Source of the DNA: a bacterium
Lineage (GTDB): Archaea > Thermoplasmatota > E2 > JACPAO01 > JAHFTW01
NCBI GenBank assembly: GCA_040390065.1
Contig: JAZJZE010000011.1
Coordinates: 64,001 to 128,000 of the forward strand
Direction of reading: 5' to 3'
Length of the DNA: 64,000 nucleotides
Shown here: in pieces, positions 19,924 through 29,150 of the stretch
How the letters are laid out: each line of letters begins with the position of its first letter
Position numbering within the stretch: the first letter of the stretch is position 1
Notes under the pieces: model-generated
Told to the model about the DNA's origin: nothing
Seen by the model: only the letters and a program-made list of their open reading frames with translations
The model's database searches: none
Program-made: the position numbers and the translations under genes

Positions 19924-20598
19924 CTAGTGGGCGTTGCAGCTGTAGGCTGAGCCGACGTGGGCGAGTTTGCCAGTCAGGGTGAGGCCGGAGTCCTGCATTC
20001 CGCTGGGCGCCGCCGTCGTCGTCATGCCGGGGTGGAACGTGGCGCCTTCGCTCATCGGCATCGCGAAGGAGCTGGTGCCTTCCTCAGTTGTCGCCGTGCC
20101 TAGGAACCACAGGACGTCTTGGTCGGTGACCAGGATGCGGCCGTCGTACGTGGTGTCGGTCCAGGATCCGTTCCAGTCGTCAGACGTGACGCGGCAGGTG
20201 ACTTTGACCTTGTCGGCAACGCCGGCAATCTTCTCGGTTCCTACTGGGGGCAGGTCGCAGCCCATGGTGAGGCTGCCGAAGATGTTGGAGGCCGACATCG
20301 AGGCGTGAGATGGCCACAGGCCGGTCTTGGTGGAGCTGGCCGTGGAGTAGACGGCCGCGCCGGGGGCGGGGTAGTCTGCGTGGCCGTCGGTGTGGCTGGC
20401 AACGAGGGCAAGGCCCGTGCTCGCGCTTGTTGCGGCGCCGACGCCGATGGATGACGCGTTGGCCGAGGCGGATGAGCTACTGCAGCTGACGCCGCCGCCG
20501 GTTCCGATAGGTGCGCCGCTGGCGCTTGCGGGCGGCGACAGTACCGCCACGACCAGGAGGATGGCTGCCGAAAATAGGCCAAAGCGTTTGGTGTTCAT
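19924..20598 (-). CDS. Hypothetical secreted protein
   Basis: Signal MNTKRFGLFSAAILLVVAVLSPPASA; S/T/G-rich with several Cys. Confidence 0.8.
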   Translation of the reverse strand: MNTKRFGLFSAAILLVVAVLSPPASASGAPIGTGGGVSCSSSSASANASSIGVGAATSASTGLALVASHTDGHADYPAPGAAVYSTASSTKTGLWPSHASMSASNIFGSLTMGCDLPPVGTEKIAGVADKVKVTCRVTSDDWNGSWTDTTYDGRILVTDQDVLWFLGTATTEEGTSSFAMPMSEGATFHPGMTTTAAPSGMQDSGLTLTGKLAHVGSAYSCNAH

Positions 20599-21185
20599 GG
20601 GTTCACGTCCCGCGGGGCGGGCGGCCATACAATGACGTCGTCTTCTTGCGTCTTCTGGCTACAACGAGCCTCACGCACGGCTACGAGCCTGCCACAGCAC
20701 CAATTCGTTCTGAAGACCCCAAACTGACTCCACCTCGGGCCCTCCGGGGATTTGTCCCAAACAAACCCCCGCAGCGCATCGCGGACTCGCAGGACACGCC
20801 AATCCGTGAGAAGGCGTTGCTCGACGGTGAACCCTGGGGGCCCGTGGTCAATTCGCCTCCCGCCCGTGCAATCCACGCCTGGAGAGGGCGACGGCGGTTC
20901 CAGGCGGCCCTGGGCCGGTGGCCGGAAAGTGTCAGGAACTGGGGGGCCATCGCCGCTGGGTCGCTTCGGGTGCGCGGGGCCTCGAATCCGGGCTGGCGGG
21001 CGACATGTCCTTGGCGTGGGCGGCCATGTCCCTCTCCTCCGCAGCAGGAGGGACGGCCCCGCCGCGATCTTCGCCCGCCACTTCCCGTCACTTCCCGCGA
21101 TCTGGTGTTTTCACTTTCTCTCCTATTGGGTACCTCCCGGGCACGTAACCTCGACGTTTGTCAGAATGTGCCCCACCGTTCTCCA

Positions 21186-22469
21186 TCAAGGGAGCCGGAT
21201 GACGGAGGGGCCGGGGTCGGCGGGTGCGTTCGAGCCAGTGCGCGGCGCCTGCGTGGACGGGAACTGCCGCGTTGCGGAGAGCGGGTTGGCGGCGACGATT
21301 CCCAGCCCCAGGGCCGCGTTCAGGTTGCTGGCCAGCAGGGTCTTGGGCGTGTTCAGGCTGCGGTGGACCCAGTAGCGGAAGGCCGCCAGGTGCCAGGAGT
21401 GGCCTTGGATGGTCGTGCGGACGTACGCCTCGATGGCGGCCTGCGCCGCGGCGCGCACCGCAGGGCTCACGCCGGGCCTCTCGAAGTAGTCCAAAAGCGG
21501 CTCGAACGGCTGGATCTGCTGCACGAAGGAGGTCCCGTTGCCAAGGTCGCCGAGCACGTACGCTCGATGAAACTCGCGCGTGAACGTCGTGGTCCATGCC
21601 TCAACCTCCGAGTTGTCGCCTTGCAGAATGCTGCCGGATCGCACGTGGCGGATGTGGTCCAGCTCGTGGTTGAGGACGATGCGGCCCCAGAGGAAGTTGT
21701 CCGGCTTCAGCGCCTTGGGGCCGAGTATGACGAAGTGGCTGAAACCGGTGGCGATGCTGCCCGTGCTACGTGTCCGGCCCGCCAGGTTGCGCCCCGCCTT
21801 TGCCTCCAGGTTCTCGTCGTAGTTCACGATGGGGTTGGCGAAGCTGTATCCGCTGAGCAAGCTCGTGTTGATGGCGGGGCTGCTGGCGGCCTGGGCGGTG
21901 ACGTCGTTGACGGTCACGTTGGACGCGACGACACCGGAGTTGGACGGGATGGCGGCCGCCTGCTGCAGGAGCGCCGCCATGGCGCCGGGGGTCACGGCAG
22001 CCGTGACTGCGTTCTGCCAGCCCACGGGTGCCGCGCTGGCCCCCGGCCCGTAGAATACCGTGGTTGGCTGCTGCGCGGGCGGAATCGCCTGCGCGGGCTG
22101 CGCCGCTTGCTTGCCCCTGAAGAAGCCAAAGGACCGGACGGGGGAGGTGGGGGCGACCTGCTGGCGGGACGTCCCCGCGTCACTGCCGTCGGAAGTGTCG
22201 GCCAAGCAGCCCGTGGCGCCGTTGCCGCGTATTGGGTTCAGCAGAGCGGCGTCGAGGGCGGTCCACGTCAAAGGGCCCACAATGCCGTCCACGACCAGGG
22301 ACTCGCCGGCCTGGAAGTCCCGCACCGCCTTCAACGTCTTTGGGCCGAAATCGCCGTCGGCAGCAAGCGGCGGTTGTGCTCCAGCAAGGTTGAGGTCATT
22401 CTGCAATTCGATGACGGACTGGCCCTTGGATCCTTGTCGAAGCATCGGCCTTGTGATTGCCTGCGGCAT
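21186..22469 (-). CDS. Peptidoglycan-binding domain (PG_binding_1) + HExxH metallopeptidase-like protein
   Basis: LRQGSKGQSVIELQ..DGDFGPKT..AVRDFQ..VDGIVGPLTW; VLNHELDHIRH..SEVEAW; no signal peptide. Confidence 0.85.
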   Translation of the reverse strand: MPQAITRPMLRQGSKGQSVIELQNDLNLAGAQPPLAADGDFGPKTLKAVRDFQAGESLVVDGIVGPLTWTALDAALLNPIRGNGATGCLADTSDGSDAGTSRQQVAPTSPVRSFGFFRGKQAAQPAQAIPPAQQPTTVFYGPGASAAPVGWQNAVTAAVTPGAMAALLQQAAAIPSNSGVVASNVTVNDVTAQAASSPAINTSLLSGYSFANPIVNYDENLEAKAGRNLAGRTRSTGSIATGFSHFVILGPKALKPDNFLWGRIVLNHELDHIRHVRSGSILQGDNSEVEAWTTTFTREFHRAYVLGDLGNGTSFVQQIQPFEPLLDYFERPGVSPAVRAAAQAAIEAYVRTTIQGHSWHLAAFRYWVHRSLNTPKTLLASNLNAALGLGIVAANPLSATRQFPSTQAPRTGSNAPADPGPSVIRLP

Positions 22470-22670
22470 GCCGCCGTGGACCGGCCCATGCAACATAATG
22501 GAGATTCACGCGACATGGGACCATCGCGTCGGCGGGCGGACGGCCAACGTCGAATCGCAATCGAAACAGGCGCGCGAGTATCCTTAGGACTCGCCGTGGC
22601 TGCCGCGCCTGCGCCACTACGGAAAGTCGCAGTAGGGCCTGTTCCCGTCGTGCGGCCCAGAAAATCATTA

Positions 22671-24452
22671 CTAGAACCTGAACGTGCCGAAGTGCGGTGT
22701 CACGCCCGGCACGAAGAAAAGGGACCACACGCCTCCAACGGCGGCCTGGCGGAAGCAAGTGACGACGCCCGCGCCGGCGTCCGCGTACATCTCGATTGAT
22801 GGGAAGATTGTGGTGAGGGGGCGGAAGTCCACTTGCCGACGGGCCAAGTCGATGATTAGGTTCCCCCGGATTGCGATGTCCGGCGATCCAAACACGCACG
22901 GGTCATTCGCCGTGGCATCGAAGAGAACGTCGTAACGCCGGGAAGATGGCAACGCGGGGCCGACGGTCGTCACGGCCGCGCTTGGCGCCGGCCTAGCGCT
23001 GCACTTGTACGCTCCCGTCCCGCAATCCACCTCGAAGGTTAGGTCGCCGTTTTCAGAGTGGCTTGCCGTGCCGGTGGAGGTGTCGAAGTCGATGAGGAAC
23101 CTCAGACGCGAGCTTGCCCCGATGGCTGGATTGAATGTGCGCTCGTCCGTTTCGAAGCATGAGTTCCAGTGCGGTCCTGGAAGTGGCGGCCCCTCGAAGA
23201 CCTGGCGGCCGGCGAACGGGCCTCCTCGCTGGATGTGGGCACCCGAAAGGGTGTTTGGGATGAAGGCGTGAAACCAGAACCTGATGTGGCGGGGAAGCGG
23301 CCGCGCTGCCGCGGCCGGAGTTGGAAGGGGCGCAGGAGTGTGGGTGGGGCGCGGCCCTTCGAAACTCACGGTTGCCCGCCGGTTCCTGCCCTCTACTCCG
23401 AACTGCGTCGTCTGACCGTGAACGAACCGTTCGATGGAGACGTTGGGAATGCCTTGCAGACCGCCCGCACGAGGTGATTGCAATGCTGCTACGACCGCCA
23501 AAGCCCTGCGGCAGGAGAGACGCCAGTTGTACTCCTGCGCCACGTGTTCATCGCGGCTGCCACGAAACCGTGTACTCGAGTAGGCGTGAACCTGAATCCG
23601 CGGCTGGTTCCCCGCGGCATGCCAGTTCCGAATCACTTGGTCGAGCGCATCGCGCCGAGCGTCATCCAACGAGTCCTCATCGTTGCCGAAAAGGGTTTCC
23701 AGGACGACGTTGGCAGGATCCTGGTTGGCGACCGGGCAACGCAGGTCGGCTGGCGGTCGGCCTGCCTGCTCGGGGAAAACTGGTCCTTGATGCGCCTGCC
23801 GATGAACTATCCATGGATTATCGGCACACGTTGCCGCCGTGCCCTGCTGGATTGTATGCACGAGTTCGTGCGCAAGAAGCCGTCGGCCTTGCGTCGTGGT
23901 CGGGTGATACGTCCCGGCAGCGAACGAGATGTCGTTTCCCACAGTGAAGGCATGCGCGGAGAACGACTCTGCTGCGGAGGCAGCCCTGGAATCCGTGTGG
24001 ATCCGGACGCCGGCGAAATCAGCGCCAAGCCGAGGCTCGAAGAAATCGCGTACGTCCTTCGGCAGCGGCGCCCCTGCGTTCGACGGCGCCACGGCGTAGC
24101 CGTCCGCCTCGAGTCGCGGCTCGCCAGCTGCGAATCGGTAAACGCCTTCCTCCTGGTCAGCACATGGTCCCTCTCCGGCGCAAGACGAGCAGCAGGAACG
24201 CTGAAGTGCGGAATTCGCGCCCGCCTGGTGCAGAACCGGCTGCTCATTGGTGGCCATCCGCATGACGCGGTCCGCCAGCATGTCGGCCTCCACCTCGGCG
24301 GCATCGTGCGGCTGGCTGACCTTCAGTTTGGCTTGCAGTCGCCGCAGGTTGAATTGGTTGCTCGCCCTCGGGTGGCAATGAGGGCGCGCGGCCGGGACTT
24401 CGGCGGGAGAGGTCGTTTGCGTGCGGTGGGACAGGCGTGCGGCCAGAGCCAT
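22671..24452 (-). CDS. DUF4157 (eCIS core) + OmpA-like peptidoglycan-binding + DUF3238-like C-terminal domain protein
   Basis: QAKLKVSQPHDAAEVEAD; FFEPRLGADFAGVRIHTD..AHAFTVGNDISF..GRRLLAHELVHTIQQ; YNWRLSCRRALAV..NRRATV; AFIP..SSR..FPSIEMY. Confidence 0.88.
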   Translation of the reverse strand: MALAARLSHRTQTTSPAEVPAARPHCHPRASNQFNLRRLQAKLKVSQPHDAAEVEADMLADRVMRMATNEQPVLHQAGANSALQRSCCSSCAGEGPCADQEEGVYRFAAGEPRLEADGYAVAPSNAGAPLPKDVRDFFEPRLGADFAGVRIHTDSRAASAAESFSAHAFTVGNDISFAAGTYHPTTTQGRRLLAHELVHTIQQGTAATCADNPWIVHRQAHQGPVFPEQAGRPPADLRCPVANQDPANVVLETLFGNDEDSLDDARRDALDQVIRNWHAAGNQPRIQVHAYSSTRFRGSRDEHVAQEYNWRLSCRRALAVVAALQSPRAGGLQGIPNVSIERFVHGQTTQFGVEGRNRRATVSFEGPRPTHTPAPLPTPAAAARPLPRHIRFWFHAFIPNTLSGAHIQRGGPFAGRQVFEGPPLPGPHWNSCFETDERTFNPAIGASSRLRFLIDFDTSTGTASHSENGDLTFEVDCGTGAYKCSARPAPSAAVTTVGPALPSSRRYDVLFDATANDPCVFGSPDIAIRGNLIIDLARRQVDFRPLTTIFPSIEMYADAGAGVVTCFRQAAVGGVWSLFFVPGVTPHFGTFRF

Positions 24453-24900
24453 GTTGGTCGAAGGAATGCGTCGCAGGGGATGAATAAGCGATTCACGAAA
24501 GAAAGGCACGCCGCAGGCTACAGGCTGGACGGCCTGTGCAAGGCCGCGCAGCCCGGGGGGGTTTCGGGGGGCCTTCTACTTGACCTTGGATGCGGCCGCA
24601 AGGACCCGTGGCCTCGCGATGCCAAGCACAAAACTGGGTGCAAACAGCCAAATCCAGCGCGGGTCGCACAAATGGGAGACCACGGCCACTGTGCCCGTCG
24701 CACCCAGGAGCCCGAAGATGGCGCTTGCGTCCTTTGTAATCTCGATGCGCATGGATGTGCGAATGCGACCGGGCCAAAAATCTTTGCAGGCGGTTCATTC
24801 GCGAGACCCAGGCATCGTGCCGGGCTCTCGCGAATCGGCGGCGATGTGTGAAGGATGTGCAGACCCAGTCGTTATGGTCATCCGGCTTTGTGGCCCCATC

Positions 24901-25455
24901 ATGGACGGGCCCGCTTGGAACCCCTTGAAAAGGAAGCGAGACGGCGCGGCGACCCGGGCCCGCCTTCAGGGTATTGTTCAAGAGCGGCCCGGCCTGAGCC
25001 TGAGTCGACTTGCATGTTTGGGTGGGGTTGCATGGCACACAGCTCGGTATCATCTACAGATTATGCAGGAACAAGGATTGCTGACCATCGAGAAGGGCCG
25101 GTGGGACAGCCGCATCTATCTCAGCTCCATCCCAACGGCGGAACGGCCATGGCGCCGCGCCCTACATGAAGACCGGACACGTCTCATCCTGAGCGCACTC
25201 TCAAGCCAGTCAGCGGCCGGTGTGCGTGATATCAGCGTGGCCGTCGGCTTGAGCAGGAAGATTGTCCGCAACCAGGTCAAACGCCTCGTCCAAGACGGGG
25301 TGGTCGCTACCAGCGGCGGCGCCCGTCCGCGCTTCTGGGCCACCGCCGCGGCCCACCGGGGCGCAGGCGGCGAGTCGCACACCGATGTTGCGCCGCCAAC
25401 CTCCGGGCAGCCCTTGGCGGAAATCACGCCGCTGCAACCCACCCTGCCGGTCTAG
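24901..25455 (+). CDS. Tandem winged helix-turn-helix transcriptional regulator (archaeal type)
   Basis: RARLQGIVQERPGLSLSRL..TARYHLQIMQEQGLL and RTRLILSAL..VRDISVAVGLSRKIVRNQVKRLVQDGVV; start approximate. Confidence 0.8.
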   Translation: MDGPAWNPLKRKRDGAATRARLQGIVQERPGLSLSRLACLGGVAWHTARYHLQIMQEQGLLTIEKGRWDSRIYLSSIPTAERPWRRALHEDRTRLILSALSSQSAAGVRDISVAVGLSRKIVRNQVKRLVQDGVVATSGGARPRFWATAAAHRGAGGESHTDVAPPTSGQPLAEITPLQPTLPV

Positions 25456-28400
25456 GCCTCGTGGAGCAGAATCCAACGGGCTGCATGGCCGCCCTCGCGG
25501 CCGCAAGGGGGGAATGTCTCGCCGCGGCTCAGCGGAATCGTGTTCTCCGGATGGGCGCTGCACTGGTAGACGCCGCTGAGACGGTTTTTCTTCCCAGTGG
25601 TTCCCGGCTCCGCTACGAGCGCGACCTGGCCTTGGTCGCCACCCAAGGGGGATTCTGTCGTGGGCGCATCTGCCCACTCTGTGTCTTGGCGGGCTTCCCC
25701 TTGCGCCGTGTTGATTGCGACTACGGGGGGCCAACCAGGCCGAACCTCGAGGCCAAGAGGGTCGGAACCAGCGGGAGGCGGCCCTCCGACGCCAACCTGG
25801 AAAAACTCGGTGCGGCCAGGCTGGCACCGCACGCGTGTTGCGGTCCTGTGCCGGACGGGCACATTCTTTCCTTCGCCGGCGCCCTGAACCGCCAAGCGCA
25901 CGGTTGGCCAGAAAATGCCATACGCCGGGCCGTCGAAGGCGAACCGGAACGCGCCGTCCGGCCCCGTGACCATGGACCGCCGCCAAGCGCGACTCCATGC
26001 GCACCACCACGGTGCATCAGGCTGAACTTGAACGCCCGCAACCGGCTGGCCGGCAGGGTCCACGACGCGGCCAGCAAGGGTGCACGAACGGGAAGCGACC
26101 GATGCAATTGGCATCCCCTCGACGGCCTCAAGCGCGGGCCCGAGTTCGGCGTCCTGCCTCGTCGTGCCCTGGGCCGCGGCCCATGCGGTCACCAGGGCCT
26201 GTAGTTCCGCCAGCACCGTCGGCTCGGAGGACGCCCAGTCTCCGAGCGGCGTCTGCAGCCCAAGGCCGGAAGCGGCGGCCGCGGACATTGGCATCGCGGC
26301 GCCCGATGCCGCCTTCGCGATGAGGCGGGCGGCCGTGGTTGGAACGGGGCCTTCACTGGCCACCACGTTTGCCGACTCCGACACGATAGACGCCACGGCG
26401 ATGAGTTGCCCTTCCGTGGGGCCTGCACCGGCGACGCGGAACGTGTTACCTTGGACGATGACTGCCGTCGGCGTCACACAGGCCACCGCGCTTGCGCCTC
26501 CGGAGCCGCACACGACGTCGTTACCGCAGAACCGGATGTCACCGGAGGCACCGCCCGTCGCGGGCGCGGCGCCTTCCACGTGAACCGCGAGGTGCGAGGA
26601 AGGCGTGGCCGTCAGGGCGGGCCAGAGCGGATCGGTGCCGGCATTGTGGAGGTAGGCGGCTGCGCCGACGATGGGCGTCGAATGGTCTGGGCCGCGTGCG
26701 TCGAGGGAGTTTCGCTCGACGCGGAGGCGGCCAATCGCTGTGACGACGAGCGCTGGGCCAGCCGGGCACGTGAAGCGGTTTCCTTCGACGAGCGCCGCGT
26801 CCGCGGCGGCTTCGGCCGTTCCCGAGGCGAACGCCCCGAGCACGTGCACGGCCGCTTGCCCGGGCTGCCCGACGTCGGCGGTGCCGTTGCCGGCCACCTC
26901 GTTCGCTAGTAGTTGCAGTCGCGTGCATCCGCGGATGGCTACGCCCTGCATGGGTCCGCCTGCTGGTCCTCCGTTGCCCACGATGCGGTTGCCGCGCAAC
27001 GCAAGGCCGGCCACGCGGGTGGCGCGGATGGCGCAACGTGGTTCGCCGTCCGGCCGCGGCGCGCGTGCGCAGTCCGTGACGACGTTATCAACGAGCTCGA
27101 CTTTCTCGATAGTGGCGAGGTCCTTGTCGGATCCGACCACGATGCCCTCCAGGGCGAAGCCGCGGATTCGGTTGCCATGGAGCCTGACCTCGACCGTTCC
27201 CGCCGAAGCTTGGCCCGGCTGCGGCATGCCGCCGACGGAGATGCCGGGACCGGAACCTCCCGACAACTCGCTGTCGGCGACGGCGACGCTTCGTGAGCCC
27301 CCTGTAATCCAGATGCCTCCGCCGTCCAAGTGGCAAGCGGCGAGGGAGACCCCGGCCGCGCCCTCGCTGCGCACGAGGACCGCTGCCTCGCCGCGGACGG
27401 TCAGGCGCGAAAGGCGTGCACCCGCTCCCCGCAACACGAGGGCCGATTGCCCCGGGTACGCCTGGATGACCGTGCGACCGGCCTGGCCTTCGATGGTGAC
27501 GTTAGGCTGGTCGACGATTACGGGGCCATCGAGGCGGTGGATGCCAGCGAGTACGCGCACCGTGCTGCCTTCGCCGGCGGCGCGCACGGCATCCTCGAGG
27601 CGACCATAGTTACCGAAGGACGACACTCCATCCCCGACCGTCAGGATGCCGGCCTCGCTGCGGGAGACGGCCGGCGAAAAGAAGGACCGGACGTCTTTGA
27701 CGCGCCATGTGACCCCACCTCTTGCTGCCGGGCTCCACTCGAGAGCGGCCAACGGGGCGGTGGCGTGCCGCACGCCCTGCGGCGGGGCCCGCTGCAGGAT
27801 GTCAATGGTGGCAGTTGCCGTACGTGTCGCGAATGTCCAGTAGTCGCCGCTTACGAGGCAGGTCCCTTCGATCTTCGGCTCGATGTCGCCCTCTAGGAAG
27901 CCGTGGCCTCCGGCCGGGAAGCAGGCCGGCCCGGAACTGGCCCACCGGCGAAGGCGCAGCCGTGAGGGTGATTCCGCGCCGGCATCTGGCCGCGTTTTCA
28001 CTGGCGGGTCCAGCACGACCCGCCGGCCGCGAATCTCGATGTCTGCAATGCGGTGGAGTGTGCCTGGCTCGCCAGCCATCTCCTGCGCGACACTTTGCAG
28101 TTCCACCGCGTCGTTGACGCGCAGGGCGAGGGGAGCATCCTGGGCCCACGGGTCGAGCACCACGGCGCCGCCCGCTTCCGCGTCGACGGTCGCGACGCTG
28201 TACGCCACCGAGGCGTTGTCACGCGCCCACTTCCACGTTGCGACGCGCCGGACGCGCCGAGCAGCCCCGACGTCGGGGAGGCTGCGATCAAGTTGCAGAG
28301 TCGTGCCGCGGCCATCAACGCCCACGACCTGCGCTAATGCCCCCGGCTGGCCCGCCGCTTCTGTGTCTGCGCCGTATACCTCGACCCACTGGCCCACTTG

Positions 28401-29150
28401 CCACAGCCGGCCATCGCACAGCCGGTGCGGAACGTGCACTGCCTTGTCCATGTCGTCGTATGCATCCGCCCCGACTTCGACCGCCTCGATTGCATTGGGC
28501 CGGGGCCAACCGTACGCTGCCCCGCCGTCGTGCACCTCGATGCGGTAGAGGCAGTCGTGTGATCCCCGGTAGCGCCCCTTGCCAGGCGCGACCGGCGGGG
28601 CGTCGATGGTCAGCACCGCGTCCGTTCTAATCGCCTCGGTGGCCGCGTCCCGGCCGTCCTCCGCATCGCGCACGACCTGGACCTTCACCTGGGCGACGGT
28701 CTGCACACGAGTTGCCGTATCCAGTCCCCGAAGGCCAGCGTCGAGGAGGCTCGGGTCTTCCAAGGCCGACACATGGCGCTCCCACACGTCGAGGTAGGCA
28801 AGCGCCGAGCCTGCCTTGGATAGGTCGAGGCGGGGCGCGGCCGGCAGCATTGGTTGGGAGAAGTAGCGCACCGGCCCGTCAAGCCGGCAGGCCTTGCCAT
28901 GCACGTAATACAATCCCGCGGAGATGTCGAAGTCGCCGACATCGTTGGGGGTACCGATGGCGAATCCTGCGGCGTGTCGCGGCCCCCCCGCGGGGCCCAC
29001 CGCGTCGCGGACGAACTGCTCACGCAAGTGGTCGTGGATGGCTGCAGCCTCGTTCCAGTCCGCATCCAGGTCGACGCGACCCTGTTGCCGCAGGACGCGG
29101 GAGTAGTTCTTCGTGGGGTCGTGCCTCAGCGTGGTAAAGTCTCCTTTCAT
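25452..29150 (-). CDS. DUF6519 protein with right-handed beta-helix, carboxypeptidase-regulatory-like and YjzC-like C-terminal domains (candidate tail fibre)
   Basis: MKGDFT..YSRVLRQQGRVDLDADWNE; AYLDVWERHVSALEDP; LYRIEVH; KWARDNAS; GDYWTFATRTAT; repeated (V/I)xGNxI turns; GRVVDPAGQPVAGVQV; SGVYQC..LSRGETFPPC. Confidence 0.88.
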   Translation of the reverse strand: MKGDFTTLRHDPTKNYSRVLRQQGRVDLDADWNEAAAIHDHLREQFVRDAVGPAGGPRHAAGFAIGTPNDVGDFDISAGLYYVHGKACRLDGPVRYFSQPMLPAAPRLDLSKAGSALAYLDVWERHVSALEDPSLLDAGLRGLDTATRVQTVAQVKVQVVRDAEDGRDAATEAIRTDAVLTIDAPPVAPGKGRYRGSHDCLYRIEVHDGGAAYGWPRPNAIEAVEVGADAYDDMDKAVHVPHRLCDGRLWQVGQWVEVYGADTEAAGQPGALAQVVGVDGRGTTLQLDRSLPDVGAARRVRRVATWKWARDNASVAYSVATVDAEAGGAVVLDPWAQDAPLALRVNDAVELQSVAQEMAGEPGTLHRIADIEIRGRRVVLDPPVKTRPDAGAESPSRLRLRRWASSGPACFPAGGHGFLEGDIEPKIEGTCLVSGDYWTFATRTATATIDILQRAPPQGVRHATAPLAALEWSPAARGGVTWRVKDVRSFFSPAVSRSEAGILTVGDGVSSFGNYGRLEDAVRAAGEGSTVRVLAGIHRLDGPVIVDQPNVTIEGQAGRTVIQAYPGQSALVLRGAGARLSRLTVRGEAAVLVRSEGAAGVSLAACHLDGGGIWITGGSRSVAVADSELSGGSGPGISVGGMPQPGQASAGTVEVRLHGNRIRGFALEGIVVGSDKDLATIEKVELVDNVVTDCARAPRPDGEPRCAIRATRVAGLALRGNRIVGNGGPAGGPMQGVAIRGCTRLQLLANEVAGNGTADVGQPGQAAVHVLGAFASGTAEAAADAALVEGNRFTCPAGPALVVTAIGRLRVERNSLDARGPDHSTPIVGAAAYLHNAGTDPLWPALTATPSSHLAVHVEGAAPATGGASGDIRFCGNDVVCGSGGASAVACVTPTAVIVQGNTFRVAGAGPTEGQLIAVASIVSESANVVASEGPVPTTAARLIAKAASGAAMPMSAAAASGLGLQTPLGDWASSEPTVLAELQALVTAWAAAQGTTRQDAELGPALEAVEGMPIASVASRSCTLAGRVVDPAGQPVAGVQVQPDAPWWCAWSRAWRRSMVTGPDGAFRFAFDGPAYGIFWPTVRLAVQGAGEGKNVPVRHRTATRVRCQPGRTEFFQVGVGGPPPAGSDPLGLEVRPGWPPVVAINTAQGEARQDTEWADAPTTESPLGGDQGQVALVAEPGTTGKKNRLSGVYQCSAHPENTIPLSRGETFPPCGREGGHAARWILLHEA

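Noticed and set aside
20511-22799. 762-aa plus-strand ORF
   Set aside because: It is the antisense shadow of the PGBD-peptidase gene in GC-rich DNA, Arg/Gly-rich with no motifs.
23478-24851. 457-aa plus-strand ORF
   Set aside because: It is antisense to the DUF4157 gene, which has clear motifs.
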